From: Candidatus Obscuribacteraceae bacterium
GTDB taxonomy: Bacteria; Cyanobacteriota; Vampirovibrionia; Obscuribacterales; Obscuribacteraceae
Direction: 5' to 3'
NCBI GenBank assembly: GCA_044226015.1
Contig: JBGAHS010000002.1
Span: forward strand, 1,107,435-1,171,434
Length of the DNA: 64,000 bases
The position numbers and the translations under genes were made by a program. Under the pieces are notes generated by a model that searched no databases, was not told the origin of the DNA, and was given only the letters and a program-made list of their open reading frames with translations. Of the stretch, positions 20,601-29,700 are shown one piece after another (position 1 is the stretch's first letter; the number at the start of each line of letters is the position of its first letter).

Positions 20601-21114
20601 TGTCTTGAAAAACTACGCGGAGATCTCCTTTGCAGGTGTCACTTACGCATCGGCAGAAGATGAATTAGCAGCACGCTTCGGTCAGCGCTGGTTCGGACCG
20701 TCGGATGAGGAGAAGAGAATTAGCCGCGCAAACTTCTCTGATTCTGATAGACAGATTCGCCGAACCAACATAGAAAACCAGCTTGGCGATTTTAACCCGA
20801 GCAATAAAGAATTGGACGGACGCATCCGTTACACCGTACGTCTTGGCGAAACTTTGAAGAGCATCGCTCTAAAGCACCCGCTGTTAAAAGATGTAGAAAT
20901 GTGGAAACTCATTGCTCGAGTAAATAACCTGAGCGAAGAAACAGACGAGAAAGGGTGTCCGCTAGCTTCACTTAAGCGTGGAACAAGCATTGTGCTTCCA
21001 ACACATGAGGAAGCGGAAAATTTCAGAGCCAGCAAGCCTGTGCGCAAACCGAGTTCTGAACAAATGATGCCAGTTCTGCCAATTTCAGAGATCAGCGCGA
21101 TCATGCAAGGCTAG
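17629..21114 (+). CDS. Large low-complexity protein with two C-terminal LysM-like domains
   Basis: 1161 aa; YRVKKNDTLALIAEKFLG and YTVRLGETLKSIA LysM motifs; RDxDGDGKPD repeats; Q/N/K-rich linker. Confidence 0.8.
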   Translation: MGGDKLTSKPTDQAPLPEQGSKLSLHFDASGAPQTRSAETSTEKSPFKTIDKQGDNSNSTNQIESYLALQERARAPYEVPKNLQEGQKNIARDREATNTAGIPKERTITTQTGEQIKGIKVVDDVTKEHRFIAADKDGKFNQYQIQENGKKLQPLDTSGKPVGDAIMTNKAKPMEGSRNTAEEAAKAMDGNGKRHELPEWASKRDGEKGRGENKESADKGNSTAKSQDGLKTDPAKSDAPKIDSPKGENKTNPDSTSTENPKPRQEWNRDKDGDGKPDSRPIRDRDGDGKPDFRPIRDRDGDGKPDFRPGKDRDGENKLDASKKDAGNKDAPKDQSKDNPKPDSTDPRGTRGEIDNTRFGKPIQPDAGEKPGQFQQPKQAQDWQKPDLGNRPNRNEFNNQTNPQKPDGPIPASNRNFENSNSRADGRPENPNLRPDGRPDFNGRPDRGDLQNRDFPGRRDFSGRDDVPGRRELGAREDLAGKFDLKGRVDMNSRTDFAAARTELANLNGAKGEPNLRAGRDIPGDLRADGGMRALDRALTADIMSRSNGHDLSGRDLIGRELAGKDFAGRGLDGRSLSQILDGQRLSLKDNTMQTFRSNADLLTNLNRSLGGSQLDSLSKPGGRSGIDGEHAGLSARGLDGKLADGRLSESKLDAKELGKSSSMLQNAMSELSGKMLATKLLDMTQKLEIGKIPNQEQTNNAIREMSRIQRNEMGTAQDLLSSIQKNLSQKNNEIASNSNNNNSFIAKNLEIGQQQALRSREQENNKEQKTETITKNVDSIANKSQQNQQNQILTAKNAESTSQSQTQKQEQTRTGRDAEEQTNQNAKNFQANQNLVQAEKTQDSKQDSITNKNQDNKLDDKKHLEDDKKTKQDLRDDSKQDQMAGLIAAAKLKELKDKEKGKEKEDIKDKSKQDPKQKTRLKYRVKKNDTLALIAEKFLGNSAHAASIFHINRTLIPVTTYSGKSFANPQVDSMIWIPTDDDIEIFKNSGVLKNYAEISFAGVTYASAEDELAARFGQRWFGPSDEEKRISRANFSDSDRQIRRTNIENQLGDFNPSNKELDGRIRYTVRLGETLKSIALKHPLLKDVEMWKLIARVNNLSEETDEKGCPLASLKRGTSIVLPTHEEAENFRASKPVRKPSSEQMMPVLPISEISAIMQG

Positions 21115-21136
21115 AGCAAGATATTAACAAAGCTGG

Positions 21137-21207
21137 GATGGGCGCCGTGTCCTGCGCGGCTGATGGGCGCCGTGTCCTGCGCGGCTGATGGGCGCCGTGT
21201 CCTGCGC
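21137..21207. repeat. 25-bp tandem repeat, ~3 copies
   Basis: GATGGGCGCCGTGTCCTGCGCGGCT repeated. Confidence 0.9.
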
Positions 21208-21478
21208 TGAGATACGCGCGATGTACTGCGTCATCGACCGCCATTAGCTCAGCCCGAGTAATATTTGCGGTGTCATCCTGAACGGTTAGACATTGACCAC
21301 CACCACTCCTAAGAAATCCGCTTCAGGACTGGCTTTCACGAAACCTTCATATCAAAAAATCCCAATATCATTAGTAGTTTCAACATATTCAAAATGACAA
21401 GGGGCTCATAACATTGATTCATAGGTTGACAAGCAATCCCCATGCTTTTCACTCTATCTGGGTGGTGAGGTTGATAAA

Positions 21479-21676
21479 ATGGCTAACGCTTTGGATATAG
21501 CGCTTTTTGGCGCTTTCATTGTTCTGACGATTGCACTAATCTGCTTCCGTCGTTTTCATCATTACGAAACCTTCGTCAAATCAGACGAACTAGGTCCTTC
21601 AGCATGGGGGCTGTATTCTGCCCCTTCCGAAAAGACGGCAGTGGCGAACACTCCGCATTCACGTAAGCGTCGATAA
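21479..21676 (+). CDS. Small single-pass membrane protein
   Basis: GAGG SD, N-terminal TM segment, 65 aa. Confidence 0.55.
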   Translation: MANALDIALFGAFIVLTIALICFRRFHHYETFVKSDELGPSAWGLYSAPSEKTAVANTPHSRKRR

Positions 21677-21741
21677 AATTGCTGTTAAGCTCATGAGAGC
21701 AGTGTCCCATTTCGAACAAAATTGGGTGTACACTTGAATGC

Positions 21742-22131
21742 ATGGCAATTAATGGCGAATCAAAAGACAAACTGAAGAGCCGACTGGCGCGAGCCATCGG
21801 TCACCTTAACGCTGTGTATCGCATGGTAGATGAGGAAAAATATTGCATTGATGTTTTGCATCAGCTGAAAGCTGTTCAGGCGGCGCTGGATAAAACATCA
21901 GAGGTAATTCTAAAACAACATCTTCAGACCTGTGTAGTGGAAGCTATCCAAGGGCAGGATTCAGCTCGAGTAATTGAAGAGCTGATGCAAGTCTTCAAAC
22001 ATGCCCCTACGCTTTATGCAGAGCAGGATTCTGGAATTGAATTGGTCAATCTCACGACAGCAGCCGCCTCAGTCAAACCAGTAGCTACCAAGACTTCTGA
22101 TGATAAGCAATCAGGTGGTTGCTGCCACTAA
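21742..22131 (+). CDS. CsoR/RcnR family metal-sensing repressor
   Basis: RLARAIGHL, YCIDVLHQLKAV and HLQTC; C-terminal GGCCH. Confidence 0.9.
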   Translation: MAINGESKDKLKSRLARAIGHLNAVYRMVDEEKYCIDVLHQLKAVQAALDKTSEVILKQHLQTCVVEAIQGQDSARVIEELMQVFKHAPTLYAEQDSGIELVNLTTAAASVKPVATKTSDDKQSGGCCH

Positions 22132-22262
22132 AGTACTTATGGCTTGCATTTTCACAACCGTCGCCTGTCTGCTGAAAGGCTGCAGTTGTGACATGACCGG
22201 TAAGTTTTACGCTCTAAAAGCCTTTCAGGCGCCCGAACAATCCTGAATTAAGAATGCACTTA

Positions 22263-23066
22263 CTAGTGGCTCAACCTTTGTAGAGTGGCAGCCAAGCTGC
22301 TAACTGGCTGAAACTGCGATGAAAGAGCTGATTCTGCGCTTGTTCTCATCGAAAACTGACCGGCTGGTGACCACATAAACGCGGGAGGTGAAGGTTGAGT
22401 GCGTACAGCAAAATCACTTATTGAAACGCCACCGAAACCATGCCTTTCAGGAATGACCGACGCTTTTACGGCTGGATCAAGCAACCCCTTTGAATTGATT
22501 CCTTCACGACTTACTGAGGCGCCGGTGTAACGATCGAGCCTCAAGGTCAGGTCACTGCCTACCTGAAGTTCGGCACGGCCTGCGTCAATCTTTACTGCAG
22601 TGCTAAATGGGGCTGGAAGATAATCCCCATTCCTTACTCTAATTCCATTTGCTTCCACTTTTAGCAGGTCATTTTCTATTCGCATTGTTAGGGTGTTACC
22701 CTGTCCAACCTTCATTGTCACTGAGTCCATTTGAGCGGCGACTGATTTGCCGTCGGGAACGGCTAAATTGATTGATTTGCCGGTGGTTCGCATTGCAGCA
22801 CCATCGGAAAAAGCAAATCCCAGTTCAGGAAGTCCTGCGCTGCTCCGTGAAAGCATGGAGATTCCAGAATCTGCATTTCCTGAAAATTTAGCGAACGCAT
22901 CCTTGCCGCCCAGTTCCGCAAGATTTGCAAAACCTCCGCCGACCGCCATGCGTTCTCCTGTTAATCCAACAGCCTCAGACAGTGCCTTAGCTGCACCTGG
23001 CATTAGCGATTCCAACTCATGAGCACCCGCTTGAGCTGCGGCCAGCAAAACTCGTTCTCCACCCAT
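22263..23066 (-). CDS. Hypothetical protein
   Basis: Long ORF; ATG at 23066 with GGAG SD; no family recognised. Confidence 0.6.
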   Translation of the reverse strand: MGGERVLLAAAQAGAHELESLMPGAAKALSEAVGLTGERMAVGGGFANLAELGGKDAFAKFSGNADSGISMLSRSSAGLPELGFAFSDGAAMRTTGKSINLAVPDGKSVAAQMDSVTMKVGQGNTLTMRIENDLLKVEANGIRVRNGDYLPAPFSTAVKIDAGRAELQVGSDLTLRLDRYTGASVSREGINSKGLLDPAVKASVIPERHGFGGVSISDFAVRTQPSPPAFMWSPAGQFSMRTSAESALSSQFQPVSSLAATLQRLSH

Positions 23067-23178
23067 CCTGTACACTCCAACCAAACCACAAGAGAATCGT
23101 AAAATATTAAGAATCTATAACCAATGTTGAATTGAACAGGTTATTTCTGAACTTCAAAGCAACGCGAAATAACCGAAG

Positions 23179-23383
23179 TTTGATCGATATCGATCAAATT
23201 TCGGCTTTTTGGGAGGGTTCGGAGAGAATTTAGCAGCCTTGGACAGCCACCCTTTTCAACGGGCTGCTGTTTGCATGAAAGACGAAACATGAAACTTGGT
23301 TTTTGATCGATATCGATCAAAATTGCAAGATTTAGGGGCTCTCGGGCATCAAGAAACACGAAATTTGATCGATATCGATCAAA
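23179..23383. repeat. Three copies of the 20-bp palindrome
   Basis: Centres at 23186, 23309 and 23371 (gaps 123 and 62 bp). Confidence 0.9.
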
Positions 23384-23446
23384 TTCGAGCAATCCACAGG
23401 CGTCTGCGATTCTCTTTCTTCTGCTTGGTGCAACTCGACTCTAATC

Positions 23447-23632
23447 TCAAAAGCCAGCAACAAGAATCCATATGAATACAACCATTACAACAAAGCCGAA
23501 AAGCAAAACAAGAAATCCGAGCAATGCCCATTTTTTCAAGAAATCGCCAAACTTCTTTTTGAGCGTGTTCCAGATCATCTTAAAAAGAGCTTCTAAAAAG
23601 CGTTTGATAATTGCCAGCATTTGAAGTCCCAT
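23447..23632 (-). CDS. Small membrane protein
   Basis: 61 aa, amphipathic N-terminus and C-terminal TM segment. Confidence 0.55.
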   Translation of the reverse strand: MGLQMLAIIKRFLEALFKMIWNTLKKKFGDFLKKWALLGFLVLLFGFVVMVVFIWILVAGF

Positions 23633-23764
23633 CGAATCCAGTTAGGTTTTGAACCAGGAACAGAGTAAGGCGCTACCAAACAAACTCTCTGCCTAAATCA
23701 ATCATATTTCTACGTCCACAAATTAATCAATAGGCAAAAGCCTGATCTCCAGACAAATAGAGTG

Positions 23765-23982
23765 GAAGGTACATATGTATATTGTGGTGCAGCGTATCCA
23801 AGTTTTGCTGGAACGGCAGGCGAGTTTGACAGAGAGGATCCCGCAAAGAAACGGTTTCATCGTGTGATCAGAGAGAGAGAGTTTGTATGTGGTCAGCAGG
23901 CTTTTGGTTGCCAAAAGCCTGCAAAAATCTCTGCAAATCGATTCCACATGATATTTCAGGTCGCCTATTCGACCGCAGAGCT
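23765..23982 (+). pseudogene. Fragment of the IS1595-derived gene at 29701-30738
   Basis: Closely similar DNA encoding YCGAxYPSF and KISANRFHxIFQVAYSTA, with a short insertion; truncated at the coaE 3' end. Confidence 0.8.
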
Positions 23983-23993
23983 GCGAAGACGCC

Positions 23994-24605
23994 TCATGGA
24001 CCATTCGAAACAGCCAGATTATATGCTTTCAGCAACTCCAATACCTGGGTTCTGGTTGCATCTTCCGAGCCGGAATTATCAATCACGTGAGAAGAGCGCC
24101 TCATCTTTTCCGCTTGAGGATACTGCGCCCTTAGTCGCTTATCCACCTCTTCATCATTGATTCCATCGCGAGCCTTCAAACGACTACGCACAACATCATC
24201 GGAAGCTATCACGGTCCAAATCTCATCGTATCGTTTTTCTACCCCCGCCTCAAATAGAAGGGGGACCAGAACCGCGACAATTGTCTCCCCGGACAACTCC
24301 TCTATCTGTCGATTACACTCTTGAACTATCGCGGGATGAATTATGCCATTTAGGTCAGACAAGGCGTCCTTGTCGTCGAACACGATTTTTGCAAGTGCTT
24401 TGCGATCAATCTGATCTTGATTGTCAAAAACAGCGTTGCCAAATCTTTTTCTGACAGCATCCTTCACTTTTCTGTCGTTCTTTTGAAGAGCATGCGCAAT
24501 ATGATCTGTGTCCAACACCGGCACACCGAGCTCGTGCAAAATTTTGCCTACTAGAGATTTACCTGATGCAATAGTACCAGTGATACCTACAATCTTTGCT
24601 TTCAC
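23994..24605 (-). CDS. coaE: Dephospho-CoA kinase
   Basis: GITGTIASGKS, DTDHIAH, IDRKALAKIVF, HPAI and PLLFE motifs. Confidence 0.95.
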   Translation of the reverse strand: MKAKIVGITGTIASGKSLVGKILHELGVPVLDTDHIAHALQKNDRKVKDAVRKRFGNAVFDNQDQIDRKALAKIVFDDKDALSDLNGIIHPAIVQECNRQIEELSGETIVAVLVPLLFEAGVEKRYDEIWTVIASDDVVRSRLKARDGINDEEVDKRLRAQYPQAEKMRRSSHVIDNSGSEDATRTQVLELLKAYNLAVSNGP

Positions 24606-24610
24606 CGCTA

Positions 24611-26791
24611 TTACGCACCTGCCGCACTAAGTTGGCGAGCTGAGCCCTGAAGTTCTTCATACTCCCCGAAGACCCTGAGAAGCTCTGCCACTGACCACGC
24701 TTGAGCGATGCAACCGTGAGCCTTATGCGGAGGGTCTCCATCAAAAATCTCGGATATAGTACCCAAGCCTGCTTCGAAAAGTAAATGATGATGCAGCAAA
24801 AGCGCTAGCTGCGCGTTTATGTACCTAACGTTGTCCTCGTTTTCACCCTGTACATTCATTCGCGCATCAATCCACTGTCCCAAAAGCCATGTCCAGACAG
24901 TGCCTTGATGATAGGTCATGTCTCGATCATACTGATTGGATGAGCGCTTCCCTGTGCCGTATTTCGATTTGTATTTAGCATCTTTCGGAGAAAGCGAACG
25001 TATTCCCAACGGGGTGAGCAATTCGGCTTCGACTGTCTTCAAAATAGATTCTTTTTGCTCCTCTGAAAGGAGATCCTTTTGCAGGCTGAGTGCCAGTATT
25101 TGATTGGGTCTAACACTGTCATCAAAGCTGCCATCTATATTTATGACATCGTACAAGCACTTGCGTTCAGCATTCCAGAATTGCTGGAAGCCTGATTTAG
25201 TGCGCTCAGCAAGTTCATCGTATTGTGTGGAGTCTTGTCCAAGCGAAGACTTAAACAGCGAGAGTGTTCGCAGAAAAGAATACCAGAGAGCATTGACTTC
25301 GACAGCTTTTCCTTGGCGTGGTGTAACAACAAGCCCATCGACTTTCGCATCCATCCAGGTCAGCTGCGCACCATCTGCGCCACCACTCAACAGCCCATCT
25401 TCTTCGTCAACCTTGATGTTGAATCGAGTCCCTTTCAAGTGATGGTCAACCACAGACTCCATGGCTGGTAAGGCCAACTTGACAAACTCACCGTCTCTGC
25501 TAGCAAGAAGATATTTCTTCAGCGCCCACGACCACCAGAGAGTTGCGTCAAGAGTGTTGTATTGCGGCTCAGCACCCTGATCGGGAAAATTATTTGGTAA
25601 CATCCCCTCACTTAGGTAACTTTGGAATGTGCTTAAAATGGAACGCGCTTCGCTTAGTCTTCCCGTGGTCAGGGTCAGTCCCGGCAAACTAATCATTGCA
25701 TCTCTGCCCCAGTCAGTGAACCAATGATAGCCAGCAATAATGGACTGCGAGTCCGTAGTTTGGCGTTGAACAATAAAATTGTCTGCTGCTAAAACCAATC
25801 GCTTCACTGCAGGGTGTGATGGCGAGCCCGCTTGCGCCAAAAGTCCCTCTCGGTGACGGACCAGCTCACGTAATGCCTCTTCTAATGTAAGCAACTCTTC
25901 CATTGGCTCGAGCGATGCGGTGAGAAGAATAGAATCGCCATCTGTCAAATTTAATTGCAAATAACCAGCGTGAAAAGCATCCTCGCGATCTGGCAAGCCG
26001 CGCTCCAATTCTCTTGGATAAAAGTAACCATCGTACCAGTTTGCGTCCGGAACCCACTTCCCGGCAGCGAAATTGATAAACAACTCTTGTGCACCTTCAT
26101 AAGCTCTTATGCAAACGGAGTTTTGATCGTGCTCTTGTTGAAATCGCCATTCACGACTTCCGTGCGTTTCAGAATGGAAGTCTCGGAAATTCGTAATCAC
26201 GTGCAGGTCAAGCTGCTGTCCGGTGGCGCCTGGCTGAGCTGCGCCTTGTTGAGTTGCGCCTGGCTGAGCTGCTCCCGGTTGAGCTGCTCCCGGTTGAGCG
26301 CCTCCTGGTTGAGATGCTCCTGGTTGAGATGCTCCTTCATTTTGTTTGCTATGCCAGGAATATCCAACATATGAATGTTGCTTGCCAGGTAACATAAAGA
26401 CCAATTTGATCAGGTAGCCAGCCTCTAACTCATAAACCCAGTGAGGACATGGATAAATGGAAAAAGCCACGATCTTCTCGTAACCCCTTGGATTAACCAC
26501 GTCTGGCGTCCATAGATTGGTCGAAATGTTTTCTCCGCCCAAATGTTCATCTATCCGAGAGAGCAATAAAGTGCGCTTTGTTGGCGGTTCAAGTGCGGCA
26601 ACGAATAGACCATGATAGCGCCTAGAGTTAGCACCGGACATAGATCCTGATCCAAAAGAACCCAGCCCGTTTGTAACTAACCACTCTCTTCTGTCATCGG
26701 GATCGATGGATTTCGGGTCATAAAAAGGTCTTTCAAAGGCGAAGTCAGCGCCGAGCTTCTCCGCGAACCATAAATCCAGATCAAAACTCAT
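24611..26791 (-). CDS. Glycogen debranching enzyme (amylo-alpha-1,6-glucosidase family)
   Basis: EWLVTNGLG, IAGYHWFTDWGRD, TWMDAK, RPNQ, YHQGTVW and AQAWSVAE motifs. Confidence 0.92.
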   Translation of the reverse strand: MSFDLDLWFAEKLGADFAFERPFYDPKSIDPDDRREWLVTNGLGSFGSGSMSGANSRRYHGLFVAALEPPTKRTLLLSRIDEHLGGENISTNLWTPDVVNPRGYEKIVAFSIYPCPHWVYELEAGYLIKLVFMLPGKQHSYVGYSWHSKQNEGASQPGASQPGGAQPGAAQPGAAQPGATQQGAAQPGATGQQLDLHVITNFRDFHSETHGSREWRFQQEHDQNSVCIRAYEGAQELFINFAAGKWVPDANWYDGYFYPRELERGLPDREDAFHAGYLQLNLTDGDSILLTASLEPMEELLTLEEALRELVRHREGLLAQAGSPSHPAVKRLVLAADNFIVQRQTTDSQSIIAGYHWFTDWGRDAMISLPGLTLTTGRLSEARSILSTFQSYLSEGMLPNNFPDQGAEPQYNTLDATLWWSWALKKYLLASRDGEFVKLALPAMESVVDHHLKGTRFNIKVDEEDGLLSGGADGAQLTWMDAKVDGLVVTPRQGKAVEVNALWYSFLRTLSLFKSSLGQDSTQYDELAERTKSGFQQFWNAERKCLYDVINIDGSFDDSVRPNQILALSLQKDLLSEEQKESILKTVEAELLTPLGIRSLSPKDAKYKSKYGTGKRSSNQYDRDMTYHQGTVWTWLLGQWIDARMNVQGENEDNVRYINAQLALLLHHHLLFEAGLGTISEIFDGDPPHKAHGCIAQAWSVAELLRVFGEYEELQGSARQLSAAGA

Positions 26792-26917
26792 CGCTCATTT
26801 CTCCAAAACTGAAAGGATCTTTCCCGATCTTGGCGGATTTTTTCGCCAAAACTGGAAAATTCACCAACAAATTATTCTTGAATTAAGACTTGCCGACCAT
26901 CCCTGAAATTACGCACT

Positions 26918-28024
26918 CTAAACGCCATTTTTCCAAAATTTCGGTAGCCGCGCTCGCATCTTTTCGACGTCTAATTGGGGTTCTTGCTCTAGTATCTTTC
27001 CAACAGCGACAACGATTTCAGGTAGTCGAAAACTAATCTGGTCGCCTCCAGTTAAAAGCACCTCTGGCTTGTAGCCCACTAATTCTTGCAGAGCGCTGTA
27101 GAACGAGGCGCGAAGACCGACAGTAAGTACTTGAGGAAAGCAAGCAGGTTCCGGCAGCAATTCTGGCGAAACCCAATTTTCCAATCTTGCGTCCTCCGCC
27201 CATAAATCAACGCTTAAGCCGTTATCGGTCCTTATACCGCCTTTAGACTTCCGTGCGATCTCTATCTCTACTTTGCCTCCACCGGTAATACTGAATTTTA
27301 GCTGTTGACTGTTGTTCCACATATTTGGTGGAACCTCCGAAGAATCTGAAAACCAGACAACTTCACCATTCAATCTGGCTTCTAAGATCCAGTCGGGCTT
27401 CTTCACAAACGTTTGCCCGAGCCCAAACCAACAGTTATATTCGCACCAACCATCCTGTCTCGCGTAAAAAGTTTTCCTTTCTCCGTCAAGCAAATTTACC
27501 TTGCCATGCACTGCTCTGCTGTCTCCGTACCCAGCTGCCGCGACAAGAACATGACCTGGCTTTCCAGTACCTGTCCAGTTGCCAATCTGCATGGATTCCC
27601 AGCCGGTGCCGTCCATTGCATGCCGGTAGCCTCCAAAAGAACAGTTTCCGACAGAAACCATCCCTAACGATTCAGCAAGTTGGGCTGCCCAGGCATAACC
27701 TTCACTCCAACCAGGACGCACTATTCTTCCTTGGTCCCAAAGTGTCTTGCAAACCTCAAAATTCTCAAAGGCCTTGAGTAAAATCACTTTTGCGTTTGGC
27801 TCAAAGCGCAACAAGCGTGTCAAAACTTCTGTCCCATGACCCATTGGATCTCCCGCAAATCGCTCTAGCTGCTTTGCGGAGAGATAATCATTTCTTGACT
27901 CGACTTGAAACTTACAGTTTTTCTCGGTTAGGTCCCAAGCTCCGAGAACCTGTGTGCTGACACGTTTCAAGACTTCGCGTGTAAAGCCGCTATCGATGAT
28001 AATGAAGGCGCAAGTTTTTTTCAC
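26918..28024 (-). CDS. Divergent subtilase (S8)-like protein
   Basis: IIDSG, GHGT, NCSFG, VAAAG, PACFPQVLTVG, KPEV and ISFRLP occur in subtilase order. Confidence 0.6.
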   Translation of the reverse strand: MKKTCAFIIIDSGFTREVLKRVSTQVLGAWDLTEKNCKFQVESRNDYLSAKQLERFAGDPMGHGTEVLTRLLRFEPNAKVILLKAFENFEVCKTLWDQGRIVRPGWSEGYAWAAQLAESLGMVSVGNCSFGGYRHAMDGTGWESMQIGNWTGTGKPGHVLVAAAGYGDSRAVHGKVNLLDGERKTFYARQDGWCEYNCWFGLGQTFVKKPDWILEARLNGEVVWFSDSSEVPPNMWNNSQQLKFSITGGGKVEIEIARKSKGGIRTDNGLSVDLWAEDARLENWVSPELLPEPACFPQVLTVGLRASFYSALQELVGYKPEVLLTGGDQISFRLPEIVVAVGKILEQEPQLDVEKMRARLPKFWKNGV

Positions 28025-28117
28025 CTAGACTCAGACTCCTGGACGCAGCTCTGAGCTTCAATTTTACGTGGTTTCTTTAGTCAAGCGATAACATTATTCG
28101 GGTCAATTTTTGAAACT

Positions 28118-29176
28118 ATGCTCGTGGATATCCGTTGTGTAGCATCTAAAGTGCTATCATCTTGCCATTCTGCACCTCTGGAAAAATCAGTGGAAAACGA
28201 AACACTAAGTCTCTTGACTCCTCCTCCGCAAGATCTGCTCATAAACTGGCTTGCTGAAATGTATGGAAAAAGGGTCGAAATAGAGAAACGGCAGGTTCTA
28301 CGGCACCGCGATCTTTCGTTTGTTGAGCGCTTATGGGTTCACGATGCTTTTCCTAAAACACTGATCTACAAAGTAGTATTACCACCGTGGGATATCGAAC
28401 AAGACCTGCACGAGCACATTCTGATTCCTGGGGTTTCAAACTCCGCGCGCCTTTATTTAGCCGGCAACCACTTGAATCAAACAGCTATGTTGATGGAAGA
28501 CCTGGGAGAGCAAGAACTCGTAGCAAGTTTGGAGACCAACACAGATTTACCTAACCGTGTGGGCACCGAGTTGGCAAAGTTACATCGAGCATTTACTTAT
28601 CGCATACAGGAGGTCCAGGGAACAGGAGTTCTTCGCAACCTGCTGCCGGCGGACTTCAAAAACCTTCTCTTGCAAATGAAGCAGGAACTCTACAATTGGG
28701 CAATCATCGATTCAGCCCAAGAAAAATTATTAGATGAAATCGGCTCGATGCTCAGCGAAAGGCTTGCCGACGAACCAGTTTCTCTCGTGCATGGCGATTT
28801 ATATGCAGAGAATATGTTATTCGACGGACAACACCTCTGGATCATTGACTGGTCCTGGTTCACAAAAATAAGCACACCAATTCTAGATCTTGCAACTTTG
28901 ACTATGGATCACTTTAAGAACGGAGCACTTCGTGAAAAAAGCGCAGAGGTTCTCGAGGCTTATTGTGCAGAATACAGCCGGCCGCTGGAAGAAACAAAAG
29001 AAAAACTGCCCTATGCTGAGCTACTTAGCCGAGTGCTGTTTCTTGAATGGCTAATCGAACGACGCAGACGTGGCATCATGGGTACTACTGTCGGACCTGT
29101 GGAGATAGTAATAGCAAGCGTGCTGGCTGAATTAAATCTGCGATTCCAGACTTGCGCAAAATTGGCTCCTCCGTAA
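28118..29176 (+). CDS. Aminoglycoside phosphotransferase/choline kinase-like protein
   Basis: LMEDLG, LAKLH, HGDLYAEN (Brenner motif) and IIDW; start may be GTG 28190. Confidence 0.8.
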   Translation: MLVDIRCVASKVLSSCHSAPLEKSVENETLSLLTPPPQDLLINWLAEMYGKRVEIEKRQVLRHRDLSFVERLWVHDAFPKTLIYKVVLPPWDIEQDLHEHILIPGVSNSARLYLAGNHLNQTAMLMEDLGEQELVASLETNTDLPNRVGTELAKLHRAFTYRIQEVQGTGVLRNLLPADFKNLLLQMKQELYNWAIIDSAQEKLLDEIGSMLSERLADEPVSLVHGDLYAENMLFDGQHLWIIDWSWFTKISTPILDLATLTMDHFKNGALREKSAEVLEAYCAEYSRPLEETKEKLPYAELLSRVLFLEWLIERRRRGIMGTTVGPVEIVIASVLAELNLRFQTCAKLAPP

Positions 29177-29183
29177 ACACAAT

Positions 29184-29232
29184 TTTGATCGATATCGACC
29201 AAATAACGCGTTTTAAATCGATATCGATCAAA
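29184..29232. repeat. Two palindrome copies, 29 bp apart
   Basis: Centres at 29191 and 29220. Confidence 0.8.
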
Positions 29233-29700
29233 TCGAACATTTGTTTGTGGCGATTCAAATCGACTCAAGACCAATAGTCCCCGACCTCTCGTGAGGAGGA
29301 GGACATCGCAACTACGGACTCATCGGAATAGGACTGCAAAGAACTAGCGCAGAATCTATAAGGCTGCAAAAAATAATCCTTCTGCTCTACTTTCGCAAAA
29401 CAGAAAAAGGTATTCGATGTGGTGACTTACAATGGTGCCACTTTGGAAATAGGGATGTTGTTATATCTGTCCTAACAATACGATCTGTCCTAACAATCGT
29501 TCTGTAGCGGCGATACATTGCTCACAGAGTCCGAGCCTGCGCCCCGAAACCAAGCAATGACAATGATGTACAGAGAAGACAAGATGCTCCTAACAGCCTG
29601 CAAAAAGGTGATGACACCATAAGGTACTGCACTGACTTTTCGAAAAAAACAAGTCAAAATCATCGGTAAGATCGCAAGAGAAAAACAGCTACATATTCAA

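Noticed and set aside
21400..21741. CsoR operator
   Set aside because: No convincing TAC-C-tract/G-tract-GTA palindrome upstream of the repressor.
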